A DNA stretch of 64,000 bases from Acidobacteriota bacterium (GTDB lineage: Bacteria > Acidobacteriota > Thermoanaerobaculia > Multivoradales > JAHZIX01). The DNA lies in contig JAXHTF010000006.1 in assembly GCA_034211275.1 (NCBI GenBank), positions 17,361 through 81,360 on the forward strand. The letters run 5' to 3'. Made by a program: the position numbers and the translations under genes. The notes beneath the pieces were generated by a model. The model was not told the DNA's origin. It did no database searches and was given only the letters and a program-made list of their open reading frames with translations. Within the stretch, counting starts at the first letter, position 1. Each line of letters begins with the position of its first letter. Shown one piece after another: positions 52,561 through 61,751 of this stretch.

Positions 52561-54771
52561 CTACCGAGTCTCTGCGGCTCCCGAGGCCGACTCGCCTGAG
52601 GCCCCAACGCCCTGCTCTCCCTCCCCACCCTCCTCCGGCAGTCCCGCCCGCAACTCTTTGACCTGCACGTAGGCGCTGTAGCGGTCGGAGATGTGGCGGA
52701 CGTAGTCGACGGTTTCTTGGCAGCGGCAGTAGCCGTAGCGGGCGCGGCGGGCGTATTCGCGTTGGGAGAGGAGGACGATGACTTTCTCGACGTTATCGAA
52801 CCAGACGTCCGGGTCGTAGCCCAGCTCCCGGGCCAGGCGGCGGCCGTCGCGGACGTGGCCGTGGCCGGCGTTGTAGGCGGCGAGGGCGAAGCGCAGGCGT
52901 TCGGCGAAGGGGAGGGAGGGCTCGAAGCGCTGCATCAGCCAGTTGAGATATTGGGTGCCGGCGGCGATGGAGACCGCGGGGTCGCGGAGGTCGCCTCGGA
53001 CCTTCATGTGGCGGGCGGTGCGGGGCATGATCTGCATCAGGCCGATGGCGCCGGCCCAGCTGCGGGCTTGGGGATCGAAGCGCGATTCTTGGTAGGCCTG
53101 GCTGGCCAACAGCCGCCAGTCGAACTCCTCTTCGCCGCCGTATTGCTGGAAGAGGGGGTCGAAGGGGCTGATCCGTCCGGCGTCGGCGAGGGTCGCGTTG
53201 AGGCGGTCGGTGACGAGGTTCCGGTCGCCGAAGTACTTCTCCTTGAGCACGGCGAGAAACTCCGACTTGCGCTGGCGAAGGAGGAAGGCGTCGACGGCCG
53301 CGCGGAGCTCTTCGTCCTCGGGGCGCGTCGCCCAGGCGATCTCCCGCGGTGGGCCGAGGGGGAAGGCGGATTCGATGTCGTCGCGGTGGGCGAGCTCGAT
53401 GTCCAGCTCGTTGCTGTTGACCACCACCTGGTCGTAGGTGCCGTCGGCGAGGGCGTCGAGGAGCTCGAGGGTCTCGACCTCCGGGGGGAGCCCCTCGACG
53501 GCGAAGCCGTGCTCTTTCTCCAGGGCTTCGAGGCTCTCGCGGTGAGCGCCGTCGGCGTGCACCGGCACCGTCCTGCCGGCAAGATCCTCCGGGGTCGCGA
53601 CCGCCTGAGGGTCGCCGGTGCGCACCACCACCAACTCACTAGCGTAGTTGTAGGGCTGGCTGAAGGCGACCTGCCGGAGGCGCTTGGGGCTGACCGCGAA
53701 GGAGGCGGCAATGAGATCCCCTTCGCCGGCTCGGAGGGCGGGGATCAGCCGGTCCGGCTGGCGTTGGACGCGAATCTGCAGGCGCACGCCGAGGGAGCGG
53801 GCGAAGCGGCGGGCGAGCTCGTATTCGAAGCCCATCTGCGCGCCGCGGTAGAGGAAATAGGTCGCCGGTGTGTTGCGGGTGAGGACGCGGAGCACTCCCC
53901 GCTGGCGGATTTCCTCCAGGTCTCCCAGCAGCGGCCCGGCGAGGTCGGCGGTGAGAGCGCTTTCGTGGAGGAAGCGGTCCGCGGCTTCCTTCAGCTGCCG
54001 TCCGTTGGGGCGCAGGGCCCAGGCGATGGGGCGGTCCTCGGTGATGGGGAAGACGGCCTCGACCCCGCCTTGGTAGCGCTGGAAAGCTTCGACCAGGTCT
54101 TCGTCGGCGATGGTGGCTGCGAGCTTTCCCTGGGCGATGCGGTAGAGCAGCTGCTCATCGTCCAGATGCTCTGGAGCCCGTTGAATGATCGGCCCTCCGT
54201 CGTCCCGCTGCAGCTCGCCGAGGCTGTCCCCGTAGGTGCCGTCGGCGGGAAGGGTAATCTCCAGGCCGTTGAGAAGGTGAGCGAGATCTTCCTCGGTCTC
54301 AACGGGAGGTGAGCCTTCGGGCAGCACCAGGACTTCCCGGACGTGATCCACCGGAATCGAGAACAAGAAGCGCTCGCGCCGGTCGGAGGTGACCTTTACC
54401 CGCGCCGCAACGAGGTCTCCGCGGCCCTCCGCCAGCGCGTCCAGCAGCTGGTCCCGGGGCCGCTGGACGATCACCGGCTCGAGCCCCAGGCGGGCGGCGA
54501 AGGCCTTCGCCACCTGCAGCTCGAGGTCGAGGGGGAAGGCTTCGGAGGCCAGCCGGTCGGCGCGGCGCGGCGGCACCAGGATGCGCAGCAGCCCGCGCTC
54601 TTCCAGCCTCGAAAGGTCGCCGCGCTCCGAATACTCGGGGGGTGGGGAGGTGTTCTCGCCGCATCCGGCGACCAGAGCTGGCAGGGCAATCAGGGCCAGC
54701 AGGCTCAGGATGGCGATGGCGGAGAGATCCCGCGGGGCGGGGCCGAAGGCTGTCGAAGGATTTGCAGGCAC
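52561..54771 (-). CDS. MltF-like membrane-bound lytic murein transglycosylase (two SBP_bac_3 domains plus a C-terminal SLT domain), lipoprotein.
   Basis: Lipobox LVAGC. Two periplasmic solute-binding-like domains. C-terminal ...GAIGLMQIMPRTARHMKV...AAYNAGHGHV (SLT family-1 motifs). Confidence 0.8.
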   Translation of the reverse strand: MPANPSTAFGPAPRDLSAIAILSLLALIALPALVAGCGENTSPPPEYSERGDLSRLEERGLLRILVPPRRADRLASEAFPLDLELQVAKAFAARLGLEPVIVQRPRDQLLDALAEGRGDLVAARVKVTSDRRERFLFSIPVDHVREVLVLPEGSPPVETEEDLAHLLNGLEITLPADGTYGDSLGELQRDDGGPIIQRAPEHLDDEQLLYRIAQGKLAATIADEDLVEAFQRYQGGVEAVFPITEDRPIAWALRPNGRQLKEAADRFLHESALTADLAGPLLGDLEEIRQRGVLRVLTRNTPATYFLYRGAQMGFEYELARRFARSLGVRLQIRVQRQPDRLIPALRAGEGDLIAASFAVSPKRLRQVAFSQPYNYASELVVVRTGDPQAVATPEDLAGRTVPVHADGAHRESLEALEKEHGFAVEGLPPEVETLELLDALADGTYDQVVVNSNELDIELAHRDDIESAFPLGPPREIAWATRPEDEELRAAVDAFLLRQRKSEFLAVLKEKYFGDRNLVTDRLNATLADAGRISPFDPLFQQYGGEEEFDWRLLASQAYQESRFDPQARSWAGAIGLMQIMPRTARHMKVRGDLRDPAVSIAAGTQYLNWLMQRFEPSLPFAERLRFALAAYNAGHGHVRDGRRLARELGYDPDVWFDNVEKVIVLLSQREYARRARYGYCRCQETVDYVRHISDRYSAYVQVKELRAGLPEEGGEGEQGVGASGESASGAAETR

Positions 54772-54971
54772 AGAGGGAAGAGCATATCAGCCCTTCCCGT
54801 GGGCGCTCCGGCGGCAGCCGCGAGAAGCGGTGATGCCTTCCGGGAATGGCTTTCTCTCAGGCACTGCAGTATTGTCTTAGTTAGCTTTTTCGACAAGACG
54901 ATCTGTGGCCGGTGGGAGGCCCGTGGAGGCCTTTGCCATCGGGGGCACGCCGGCCCCACAGGAGGTACGCC

Positions 54972-56438
54972 ATGGCTCACCGCACTCCGCAGCAGGCACA
55001 GGCTCTCGAAAGGCTTCACCGACATGGCCGGCAACAGCTGGCGGCTCGGCCCGCGGCGAAGACGTCCGTCACGGGTTTAGGGAGGTTTCTCGTCGAGAGC
55101 GAAGAGCAGCTCATCGCCTTGATGAACGATACGGCTCCGCCAACGGGTGGGGAGGTTGAGTTCGGGATGGTTCTCTATTGGATCCACAACGACTTGCCCA
55201 GCGACCCCTTCTTCCGCTGGCTGGCCTCCCTCTTCCCGCCGACCCAGATCACCCCGGAGGAGGTCGCGCGGTGGGAGAAGATCTGGCAAGGGCCGGGGGT
55301 GGTGGCGCCGGACGGTACTCTGGTCGGCTATGGCACGTTCGAGCAGCTCGACAAGGGCTGGCTGTATTCGACGGTGCTCTATTTGCTGACCATCCTTACC
55401 AGCGAGCTACCCAAGGCGCCCTTCGGCACCAGTCCTGCGGAGATCTCGGTGGGCTCCGGCTCGGCGCTGCGCATCGCGGTGATCGGGGATTGGGGCACCG
55501 GGGCCTGGAACGACGGCGGCACCCAGGGGCCGGCGGCGGAGATCATGCAGCAGATCGAAGCCCTGACGCCGCAGCCGGATCTGGTGATTCACGTTGGCGA
55601 CGTGTACTACTCCGGTACCGGCGATCTTCCGTGGGTGGTGAGTCTCGCCATGACAGCGCTGAGCGCGGAGATCGGCGTTCCGTTCCTTTCCGACGAGGAG
55701 ACTGTGCGCCTGGTGAATTCTTGGTGGTGCGGGGGCAAGGCGGGCAATAGCTTCACCCTCAATTCGAACCACGAGATGTATTCGGCCGCCCGAGGCTATT
55801 TCCACGACGGGTTGGAAGCTGCGGTCTTCGGCGCTCAAAAGAACACCAGCTATTTTGCCCTGAGCTTTCAGGATTGGGTGATCCTGGGGCTCGACTCCGC
55901 CTACTATTCGAATTCCTTCGCGGTGATGGAAGGTCGGCTGCAGGATGCGGACCACACGGAGCAGGTGCAGTGGGTGCAGAGCCTCGATCTCCAGGGCAAG
56001 CGGGTGATCGTTCTGACCCACCACACCGGCCTGACCTACGATGGGCAGCCCATCACCAGCACCGAGCCGACTCTCTGGGACGATGTGAAAGAAGCGTTGG
56101 GAGGAAAGGGACCCGATTATTGGTATTGGGGTCACGTGCACAATGGCATCGTCTATACGGCGAACGCCTTGGGCGGCACCAAGGCTCGCTGCCTGGGGCA
56201 TGGGGCACTGCCGTTCGGCAACGCTTACTTCTGGCAGAACGGCCAGAAGCACGATCTGGGGCAGAGTCCCTCGGTGGAGTATTACGCCCACACTCCCAAG
56301 CCCAATCCCCACCATAATCCCCGCTGGGACAACCGCGTGCTCAACGGCTTCGCCCTCTTGACCCTGGGCCCCGGAACCCTCACCGAGGCGTTTTACGAGC
56401 AGGGGAATCCTCGGCCCGTTTGGACTGCGAGCTCCTAG
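54972..56438 (+). CDS. Calcineurin-like metallophosphoesterase.
   Basis: GGAGG-N6-ATG at 54972. LRIAVIGDWGTG...LVIHVGDVYYSG...GNHE ... VLTHH ... WGHVHN are the metallophosphoesterase motifs I-V. Confidence 0.75.
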   Translation: MAHRTPQQAQALERLHRHGRQQLAARPAAKTSVTGLGRFLVESEEQLIALMNDTAPPTGGEVEFGMVLYWIHNDLPSDPFFRWLASLFPPTQITPEEVARWEKIWQGPGVVAPDGTLVGYGTFEQLDKGWLYSTVLYLLTILTSELPKAPFGTSPAEISVGSGSALRIAVIGDWGTGAWNDGGTQGPAAEIMQQIEALTPQPDLVIHVGDVYYSGTGDLPWVVSLAMTALSAEIGVPFLSDEETVRLVNSWWCGGKAGNSFTLNSNHEMYSAARGYFHDGLEAAVFGAQKNTSYFALSFQDWVILGLDSAYYSNSFAVMEGRLQDADHTEQVQWVQSLDLQGKRVIVLTHHTGLTYDGQPITSTEPTLWDDVKEALGGKGPDYWYWGHVHNGIVYTANALGGTKARCLGHGALPFGNAYFWQNGQKHDLGQSPSVEYYAHTPKPNPHHNPRWDNRVLNGFALLTLGPGTLTEAFYEQGNPRPVWTASS

Positions 56439-56441
56439 TGC

Positions 56442-56591
56442 CCCGTGGTAAAAGTCGAGCCGCGCTCCGAGCGGCCCTTTTCCGCCGAATCTTCGTTCGA
56501 AAACCTCGCCGATACCAGCATCGCGGCGGTTTTCCGGCCTTGATTCGACGAAAAATTCCTCGCTCTCGCTGGCGTCTGACTTTTACCACGG
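56442..56591. repeat. MITE-like ~150-bp element with 14-bp terminal inverted repeats, copy 1.
   Basis: TIRs ccgtggtaaaagtc … gacttttaccacgg. Internal hairpins gaaaacctcgccg…cggcggttttc. A second copy (~95% identical over 98 bp) lies at 63903-64000. Confidence 0.6.
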
Positions 56592-56644
56592 TCTGCTAGC
56601 CGGCGCGATCTCGAAGTGGGGCGAGTCCGCGGTAGGATCCGCCC

Positions 56645-57229
56645 ATGAAGACCAAGACCAAGGAAGCGCTCCAGGAGGCTCTCTTCGAGGCCGGATTCGT
56701 GGTGCTCGGCGTGGTGCTGGCGTTGGCGGCCAACGAGTGGCGGCAGAGCCGGGCGGATGCGGCGCAGGCCGAGGCGGCGTTGGCGACCATGGTCCAGGAG
56801 CTGGAGGGAAACCGCCAGCTGGTGGCGGATTCGCTGGCCTACCACGAGGAGCTACTGGCGATGATCCAGGGGGAGCACGAAGAGGGCTGGGAGCCTTCGC
56901 CGCGGAACTTCCCCCGAGGCTTCATCTATCCGGCTCAGCTGCAGCAGACCGCCTGGAGCACCGCCAACGCCACCGGCGCCCTCACCCACATGGACTATGC
57001 GGTGGTGGTGGAGCTCTCCGGCGTATACCAGGCCCAGGAGCTCTACCGCTGGCAATCCTCCAGCGCCGGGGAGTTGGTCTACGAAGCGTTGTTCAAAGAG
57101 GGCATCGACGCCATCGCCGCCAACTACCGCAACCTCGGCACCGTTCTCTCCACCTTCCGCTACCGCGAGCAGGCGTTGTTGGAGCTCTACGACCGGACGT
57201 TGGTGAATCTGCAGCAGGCTTCGGGCTAG
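56645..57229 (+). CDS. Hypothetical membrane-anchored protein (194 aa).
   Basis: N-terminal TM FEAGFVVLGVVLALAANEW, then a helical domain. No motif. Confidence 0.45.
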   Translation: MKTKTKEALQEALFEAGFVVLGVVLALAANEWRQSRADAAQAEAALATMVQELEGNRQLVADSLAYHEELLAMIQGEHEEGWEPSPRNFPRGFIYPAQLQQTAWSTANATGALTHMDYAVVVELSGVYQAQELYRWQSSSAGELVYEALFKEGIDAIAANYRNLGTVLSTFRYREQALLELYDRTLVNLQQASG

Positions 57230-57879
57230 CCGGCTCGCTCCTCTTCGTCCGGAAGCTCGGTGGTCCTGCCGATCCTGCCAGCGGTCAAGATCAAGCCCAA
57301 CACCGCCCCCGCATTGGCCAGAGCCATGTCCTTGTGGGCGTCCCAGATATCGCCCTGGGTGCCCAGATAGGCCATTCCCAGGTCGCCGCCGAAGATCATG
57401 GCGGCGGCCCATTCGATGAGCTCGAAGAGGGTCGAAGCGGCGATCAGCAGGCACAAGGGCACCAGCCAGCTCCACGGCTTGCGGCCCCCCAGGGTGGGGC
57501 CGGTGAGCTCCCGCAGCGGCAGCGCCAGCAGCAGGCCGAAGGTGAAGTGGATGACCCGGTCGAAGTTGTTGCGCTCCCAGCCCACCAGCTGGTTGAAGGA
57601 GCTGCCGGTGAGGGTCTCGAACCAGCGGTCGTAGGGCACCTCGGCGTAGGTGTGGTGGGCGCCGATCTCGTGCAGGCAAAGGAAGAGGAAGATCAGGGTG
57701 TAGGACAGGTTCGAAAGTCGCTGCCGCCGATACAGTGCCACCAGCACGGGCACCGCCACCACCACCAGCACATTCTCCAGCGCCCAATCCTCCCGATACC
57801 AGGGATCGATGGCGAGAGCGATCCAAACCGCTGCGAAGAGGGCGGCGAGGATCCAAGGGTAGCGCTGGGACGTGGGCAT
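57226..57879 (-). CDS. DUF2238/YjdF-like integral membrane protein.
   Basis: 217 aa, 5-6 TM helices, LCLHEIGAHHTYAEVPYDRW...NNFDRVIHFTFGLLL is typical of the DUF2238 family. Confidence 0.55.
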   Translation of the reverse strand: MPTSQRYPWILAALFAAVWIALAIDPWYREDWALENVLVVVAVPVLVALYRRQRLSNLSYTLIFLFLCLHEIGAHHTYAEVPYDRWFETLTGSSFNQLVGWERNNFDRVIHFTFGLLLALPLRELTGPTLGGRKPWSWLVPLCLLIAASTLFELIEWAAAMIFGGDLGMAYLGTQGDIWDAHKDMALANAGAVLGLILTAGRIGRTTELPDEEERAG

Positions 57880-58093
57880 GGCTCGGTCTCCAGAAAGCCC
57901 CCTGGAAGGCTGTCGCGGCCGCGCTGGTCTGCTCGCCGGGGCCGGCGATCGATGCCCTAGAGGGTCTTTACCGGCAGTATACTGACCTTAGGATCCCGGT
58001 GGCCGCCGCGAGCCTTCGCCCCGGCACCGCCCCAGCTGCCAACAATCTTAGATTGCCAACGAGCGCACGAACCAAACGACGAGGAACTGTCCC

Positions 58094-58540
58094 GTGGGAA
58101 GAATCTTTCGCTACCTGCTGATCGCTCTCGTGGTGCTCTTTCTGGGCCTTCAGGTGGTCCCGGTGGAACGCACCAACCCACCGGTGGAGGGAGAGATCCC
58201 GGCGCCGCCGGAGGTCCGGGAAATCCTCCGCCGCGCCTGCTACGACTGCCACTCCAACGAGACCGTCTGGCCCTGGTACTCCTACGTCGCCCCGGTCTCA
58301 TTCCTGGTCGCCCGGGACGTGAAGGAGGGCCGCGAAGAGCTCAACTTCTCCACCTGGTCCCGCCTCTCCGCCAAGCGGCAGAACCACATCCTGGAAGAGG
58401 TCTGGGAAGAGGTCGAGGAAGGCGAGATGCCCCTCCCCATCTACCTCCCCACCCACCCCGAAGCCCGCTTGACCCCCCAAGACCGCGCCACCCTCCGCAA
58501 CTGGACCCGTGCCGCCCGCGGTGGGCGGGATCGGGACTGA
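58094..58540 (+). CDS. Haem-binding-domain protein (PF14376-like), membrane-anchored.
   Basis: N-terminal TM, then EVREILRRACYDCHSNETVWPWYSYVAPVSFLV (CxxCH-like CYDCHS block). Confidence 0.55.
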   Translation: MGRIFRYLLIALVVLFLGLQVVPVERTNPPVEGEIPAPPEVREILRRACYDCHSNETVWPWYSYVAPVSFLVARDVKEGREELNFSTWSRLSAKRQNHILEEVWEEVEEGEMPLPIYLPTHPEARLTPQDRATLRNWTRAARGGRDRD

Positions 58541-58670
58541 AGATCTCGTACCCGGGGGCTTGCGCCTCGGGCTAGATGCCTCCGCCCCTCCGGGGCTTGG
58601 GAATTGTTCGGATCTCGCACTGATCCGTAGCGGTTAGACTGCGTGTTGCCCCTCAGCCGGGAGGAAATCG

Positions 58671-59117
58671 ATGAGAAGAAGCACAGTATGCGGTCTCGTC
58701 TTGATCGCAGCCATAGTTCAGCTCGGCGGTGGCCAGACGATGGCGGCGCCGGACCAGAAAGGACAGACGAATATGCGGGTCCACTATCTGGAAATCGTGT
58801 GCCACGACGTAGCTGCGCAGCTCGAAGCATTGGAGCGGATCCATGGTTTGTCTTTTGGTCCACCGGTGGCCGATCTTGGCCAGGCACGAGTCGCCGAGGC
58901 TTCAGATGGGAGTTTGATCGGAGTGCGCGCACCGCTGGCCGAGCACGAGCAGCCGATCATCCGGACCTATCTGGAGGTTGAAGACATCACCAGAGCCGTC
59001 CAGGACGCGGAAGCAGCTGGTGCAATGATCGCGTACCCTCCGACCCAACAAGGCGATACCGGTACCTGGGCGATCTACATTCTCGGCGATGTCCAGGTCG
59101 GCCTGTGGCAGCGGTAG
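58671..59117 (+). CDS. VOC (glyoxalase/bleomycin-resistance/dioxygenase) family protein with a signal peptide.
   Basis: MRVHYLEIVCHDVAAQLEALERIHGLSFGP ... IRTYLEVEDITRAVQDAEAAGAMIAYPP ... WAIYILGDVQVGLWQ shows the paired betaalphabetabetabeta module pattern. Confidence 0.6.
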   Translation: MRRSTVCGLVLIAAIVQLGGGQTMAAPDQKGQTNMRVHYLEIVCHDVAAQLEALERIHGLSFGPPVADLGQARVAEASDGSLIGVRAPLAEHEQPIIRTYLEVEDITRAVQDAEAAGAMIAYPPTQQGDTGTWAIYILGDVQVGLWQR

Positions 59118-59244
59118 CCGAAGATATGGAGCCTCTGCGGGTATAACTTCCCAAGGTGCCGAAATCGAGGCGATGGGTACGGCGCTGTGCCTCATCCTTT
59201 AGGGCTTTGTCTCTCCGGGACACGGGCCGCTTTTTCTTTACCCC

Positions 59245-59272
59245 TTGACATCGATCAATCTTCTGGTATCCT
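59245..59272 (+). promoter_or_regulatory. Sigma70-like promoter (TTGACA-N16-TATCCT) driving the small ORF below.
   Basis: ccccTTGACAtcgatcaatcttctggTATCCTcc. An RBS AAGGA follows 29 nt later. Confidence 0.35.
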
Positions 59273-59300
59273 CCGCCTCCTGTCCGAAAGGAAACAACTC

Positions 59301-59399
59301 ATGTGCGCTTTTGATTACAGACTCCCGACCAGCCCCCGACCCTGCGGCAAGACTGCGCGTTTGGATCGGATCAGAGGAGCAAAGCGCCTTGAAGGTTAG
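59301..59399 (+). CDS. Small ORF (32 codons: MCAFDYRLPTSPRPCGKTARLDRIRGAKRLEG) between its own promoter and an intrinsic terminator.
   Basis: AAGGAaacaactcATG. The stop TAG at 59397-59399 is followed 40 nt later by a strong terminator. The ORF has two Cys and a basic C-terminus. Confidence 0.3.
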   Translation: MCAFDYRLPTSPRPCGKTARLDRIRGAKRLEG

Positions 59400-59440
59400 A
59401 GCATAGATTTCTCCACCTGCAGTTCTCAGGTGAGTCACTA

Positions 59441-59490
59441 GAAGCCTTCCAGGGTGCCCGCCCCGGAAGGCTTTTGTGGTTTTTGCTCCT
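59441..59490 (+). terminator. Rho-independent terminator.
   Basis: gaagccttcc-agggtgcccgcccc-ggaaggcttt forms a 9/10 stem, followed by tgtggtttttgctcctgttttttt. Confidence 0.65.
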
Positions 59491-59710
59491 GTTTTTTTGC
59501 TCAGGCTTCCATCGATCCCTCGGGGGCTCGGTGACGACAGGAGAGGTGTGTCTTCTGAAAGGAATTGAACGGGATTGGAGTGAAGTATTGAAACGAGATT
59601 CTGGCTCCCTTCGGTGAGCCGTAAGAGATATCCCCGGGCCAGCGGGATGCTCGCCTCACGTTGGTGATCGGTAGGGCATTTTCCGTTCATGGATTCGAAG
59701 CCGGAGATAT

Positions 59711-59772
59711 GACGCGATGGGTTCGCGCAGCTTGAAACGCTGTGACCGCAAGGTCTGGGGTTCGATTCCCCA
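59711..59772 (+). other. tRNA-like 3' fragment (anticodon-arm-like GAA loop, T-arm TGGGG-TTCGATT-CCCCA) abutting the next tRNA-like gene.
   Basis: gcagc-ttGAAac-gctgt then …tgggg ttcgatt cccca followed directly by ccgtgat. No matching 5' acceptor strand is found upstream, and the variable region is an atypical 12 nt. Confidence 0.3.
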
Positions 59773-59846
59773 CCGTGATTAGCTCAACTGGTTAGAGCAC
59801 CGAACTATTACTTCGGATGTTGTGGGTTCAACTCCCGCATCACGAC
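59773..59846 (+). tRNA. tRNA-like gene with a canonical cloverleaf but a non-standard anticodon (AUU by my parse) and a C1·A72 mismatch; a possible unusual tRNA or pseudo-tRNA.
   Basis: ccgtgat-ta-gctc-aactggtta-gagc-a-ccgaa-ctATTac-ttcgg-atgtt-gtggg-ttcaact-cccgc-atcacga-c. 74 nt, with perfect D, anticodon and T stems. No encoded CCA. Confidence 0.45.
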
Positions 59847-60351
59847 CGCTGTTTGTCCAACAGCCATCGCACTCGAATCGAAGGGGACGACCGCCGCGGT
59901 GGGCGGGGCTGCCCAAGCTTCGGACTGGCTCCCTTGGATTTGGGCCTTCGGGCTCGAGTCTGGAGGACCGGTTCTTCGGCTCCGGGCCGCCCCGCCCTCC
60001 GCGCCCGCCGGCAAGGCGAGCCTCGGCTCTCTTTCCGGCAGCGCCGTAGGCCGCCCTGCAGCGCGTGGATACCGCTTCCTCGGAAGCTCCGGACACCGGC
60101 GACCCGCGCCCAGGCTTTGTTCCTGGAGCGCCGGCGCCGGTGGCAAGGAGCTGCCCGAGGTCGCTCAAGCGTCGCTCCGTGGCCCAAGCGTGGTGCCCGT
60201 AGCGGTCGTCCCCGGACGTTCCTTCGCTGATCCAAATGGGTTCGAAGTTGGTTTGTGGAGAGGAACCGGCTGAGCTGGATCTTCTCCGAACGATGTCCTC
60301 GCCCCCGGTTCTGCCGGGACTCTGAAACCACGCCGCAACACACAAGGAGGT

Positions 60352-61464
60352 ATGACCATGTTGCTGATTCGTCGGTTCAAGATTCAAACCCACGAGCGGG
60401 GCCTCCTGTTCCGCGACGGGGTTGCCGAAGCGGTGCTGGAGCCGGGTGTTCATTGGATGTTCGATCCGCTGCGTCGGGTGCGGGTGGAGACGGTCTCCGT
60501 CCGTGAGGTGGCCTTCCGCCACGCTGACCTCGCGGTCTTCCATCGTCGGGGCCTGTTGAAGGGCTCGGCGTTGGTGCTTGACCTGGTGGACAGCCAGCGG
60601 GCGTTGATCTGGGTGGACGGCCGTTTCCACGGCATCCTCCGTCCCGGTCTCCACGCCTTCTGGACCGTCTTCCACGAGGTGCGCTCCGAGGTAGTGGAGG
60701 TCGGGGACGGGCGCTTCGAGCACCCGCAGCTGACCACCATTCTCAACGCTCCCGGCTCCGCGAAGGTCCTGGAGTCGGCCCAGGTGGAAGCCGGTACCGC
60801 CGCGCTGCTCTACCGGCAGGGGCGGTTCCTCGAGCGCCTGGAGCCCGGCCGCTACGCGCTGTGGCGGGACGCCGGTCTCCTGCGGGTGCTGCACGTCGAC
60901 CTGCGGGCCCAGACCGCCGACGTCGCCGGTCAGGAAATCATGACCGCCGACAAGGTGACCCTGCGGCTCAACGCCGCGGTGACCTACCGGGTCGAGGACC
61001 CCCGGCGTTTCGCCGAGGCGTCCAACGACGGTCATCAGGGGCTGTACCGTGAAACGCAGCTGGCGCTGCGCTCCATCGTCGGTACCCGCACTCTGGACCA
61101 GCTGCTCGACGACCGGGAGGCTCTGGCTGGGGAGGTGGAGGAGGTGCTACGGCCTAAGATCACCTCCCTCGGTCTGGAGCTGGTGGCCTTCGGTATCCGC
61201 GATCTGATCCTGCCGGGTGAGATGCGGGTGCTGATGAACCGGGTCACCGAGGCCCGCAAGGCCGCGGAGGCGAACCTCATCGCCCGGCGCGAAGAGACCG
61301 CCGCCATGCGCTCCCAGGCCAACACCGCCCGGATCTTCGAATCCAATCCCATGCTCATGAAGCTGCGGGAGCTCGAGGTCCTGGAAAAGGTGGCCGACCG
61401 CGCCAACCTCAGCGTCGTCCTCGGCGAGACTGGTCTCTCCGAGCGCGTGCTGAAGATGATCTGA
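60352..61464 (+). CDS. SPFH/band-7 (slipin/flotillin-like) family protein with a C-terminal coiled coil.
   Basis: AAGGAGG-N5-ATG. 370 aa. FKIQTHERGLLFRDG... the SPFH core, then a long coiled coil ...KAAEANLIARREETAAMRSQANTARIF. Confidence 0.65.
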   Translation: MTMLLIRRFKIQTHERGLLFRDGVAEAVLEPGVHWMFDPLRRVRVETVSVREVAFRHADLAVFHRRGLLKGSALVLDLVDSQRALIWVDGRFHGILRPGLHAFWTVFHEVRSEVVEVGDGRFEHPQLTTILNAPGSAKVLESAQVEAGTAALLYRQGRFLERLEPGRYALWRDAGLLRVLHVDLRAQTADVAGQEIMTADKVTLRLNAAVTYRVEDPRRFAEASNDGHQGLYRETQLALRSIVGTRTLDQLLDDREALAGEVEEVLRPKITSLGLELVAFGIRDLILPGEMRVLMNRVTEARKAAEANLIARREETAAMRSQANTARIFESNPMLMKLRELEVLEKVADRANLSVVLGETGLSERVLKMI

Positions 61465-61545
61465 GGGCGTCGGGGTGTTCGCCCCTTCGGTTTTGGAAGA
61501 CTGCCGCCCGGGGAGGTTTTTGCCTTCCTGGGCGGTTTTTTGGTG
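61303..61545. repeat. Direct repeat copy A (~245 bp): last 54 codons of the SPFH gene plus its terminator.
   Basis: ~95% identical to 62853-63098. Includes the terminator hairpin ccgcccggggagg…ccttcctgggcgg followed by TTTTTT. Confidence 0.8.
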
Positions 61546-61751
61546 CAGCCTCAGTCGTGGGCCTGGTCTGCTCAGTCTCCGAGATCGAGCGTCGCCCGTG
61601 CGACGCCGGCTCGTGTAGCATCAGGAGTCAGTGTGGAGCACCTTTCCCGGTAGAGCGAATCATCGTCACGCCCTCGCATGAGGACGTTGACAGACCTCGC
61701 TCCTGAGGCTTGTGGAGCTGGTGGCAGGCTGAGGAGCACAGCACAGGCCGA

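Noticed and set aside
59500-59860. tmRNA (ssrA), including a permuted two-piece form, suggested by GGATTCGAAG and TTCGATTCCCC / TTCAACTCCCGC T-arm-like motifs
   Set aside because: No tag-peptide reading frame ending in …AA-stop was found. No 5'/3' acceptor pairing with GGGG…CCCC-ACCA. The two tRNA-like units are directly adjacent rather than separated by ~300 nt. A covariance-model search is still needed.
59870-60350. 480-nt GC-rich untranslated region upstream of the SPFH gene as a possible riboswitch or RNase P RNA
   Set aside because: No conserved riboswitch core or RNase P motifs (GGAAAGUCCGG, ACAGAAnCCGGCUUA) are present. It is likely just a long leader or promoter region, or was simply not annotatable by eye.
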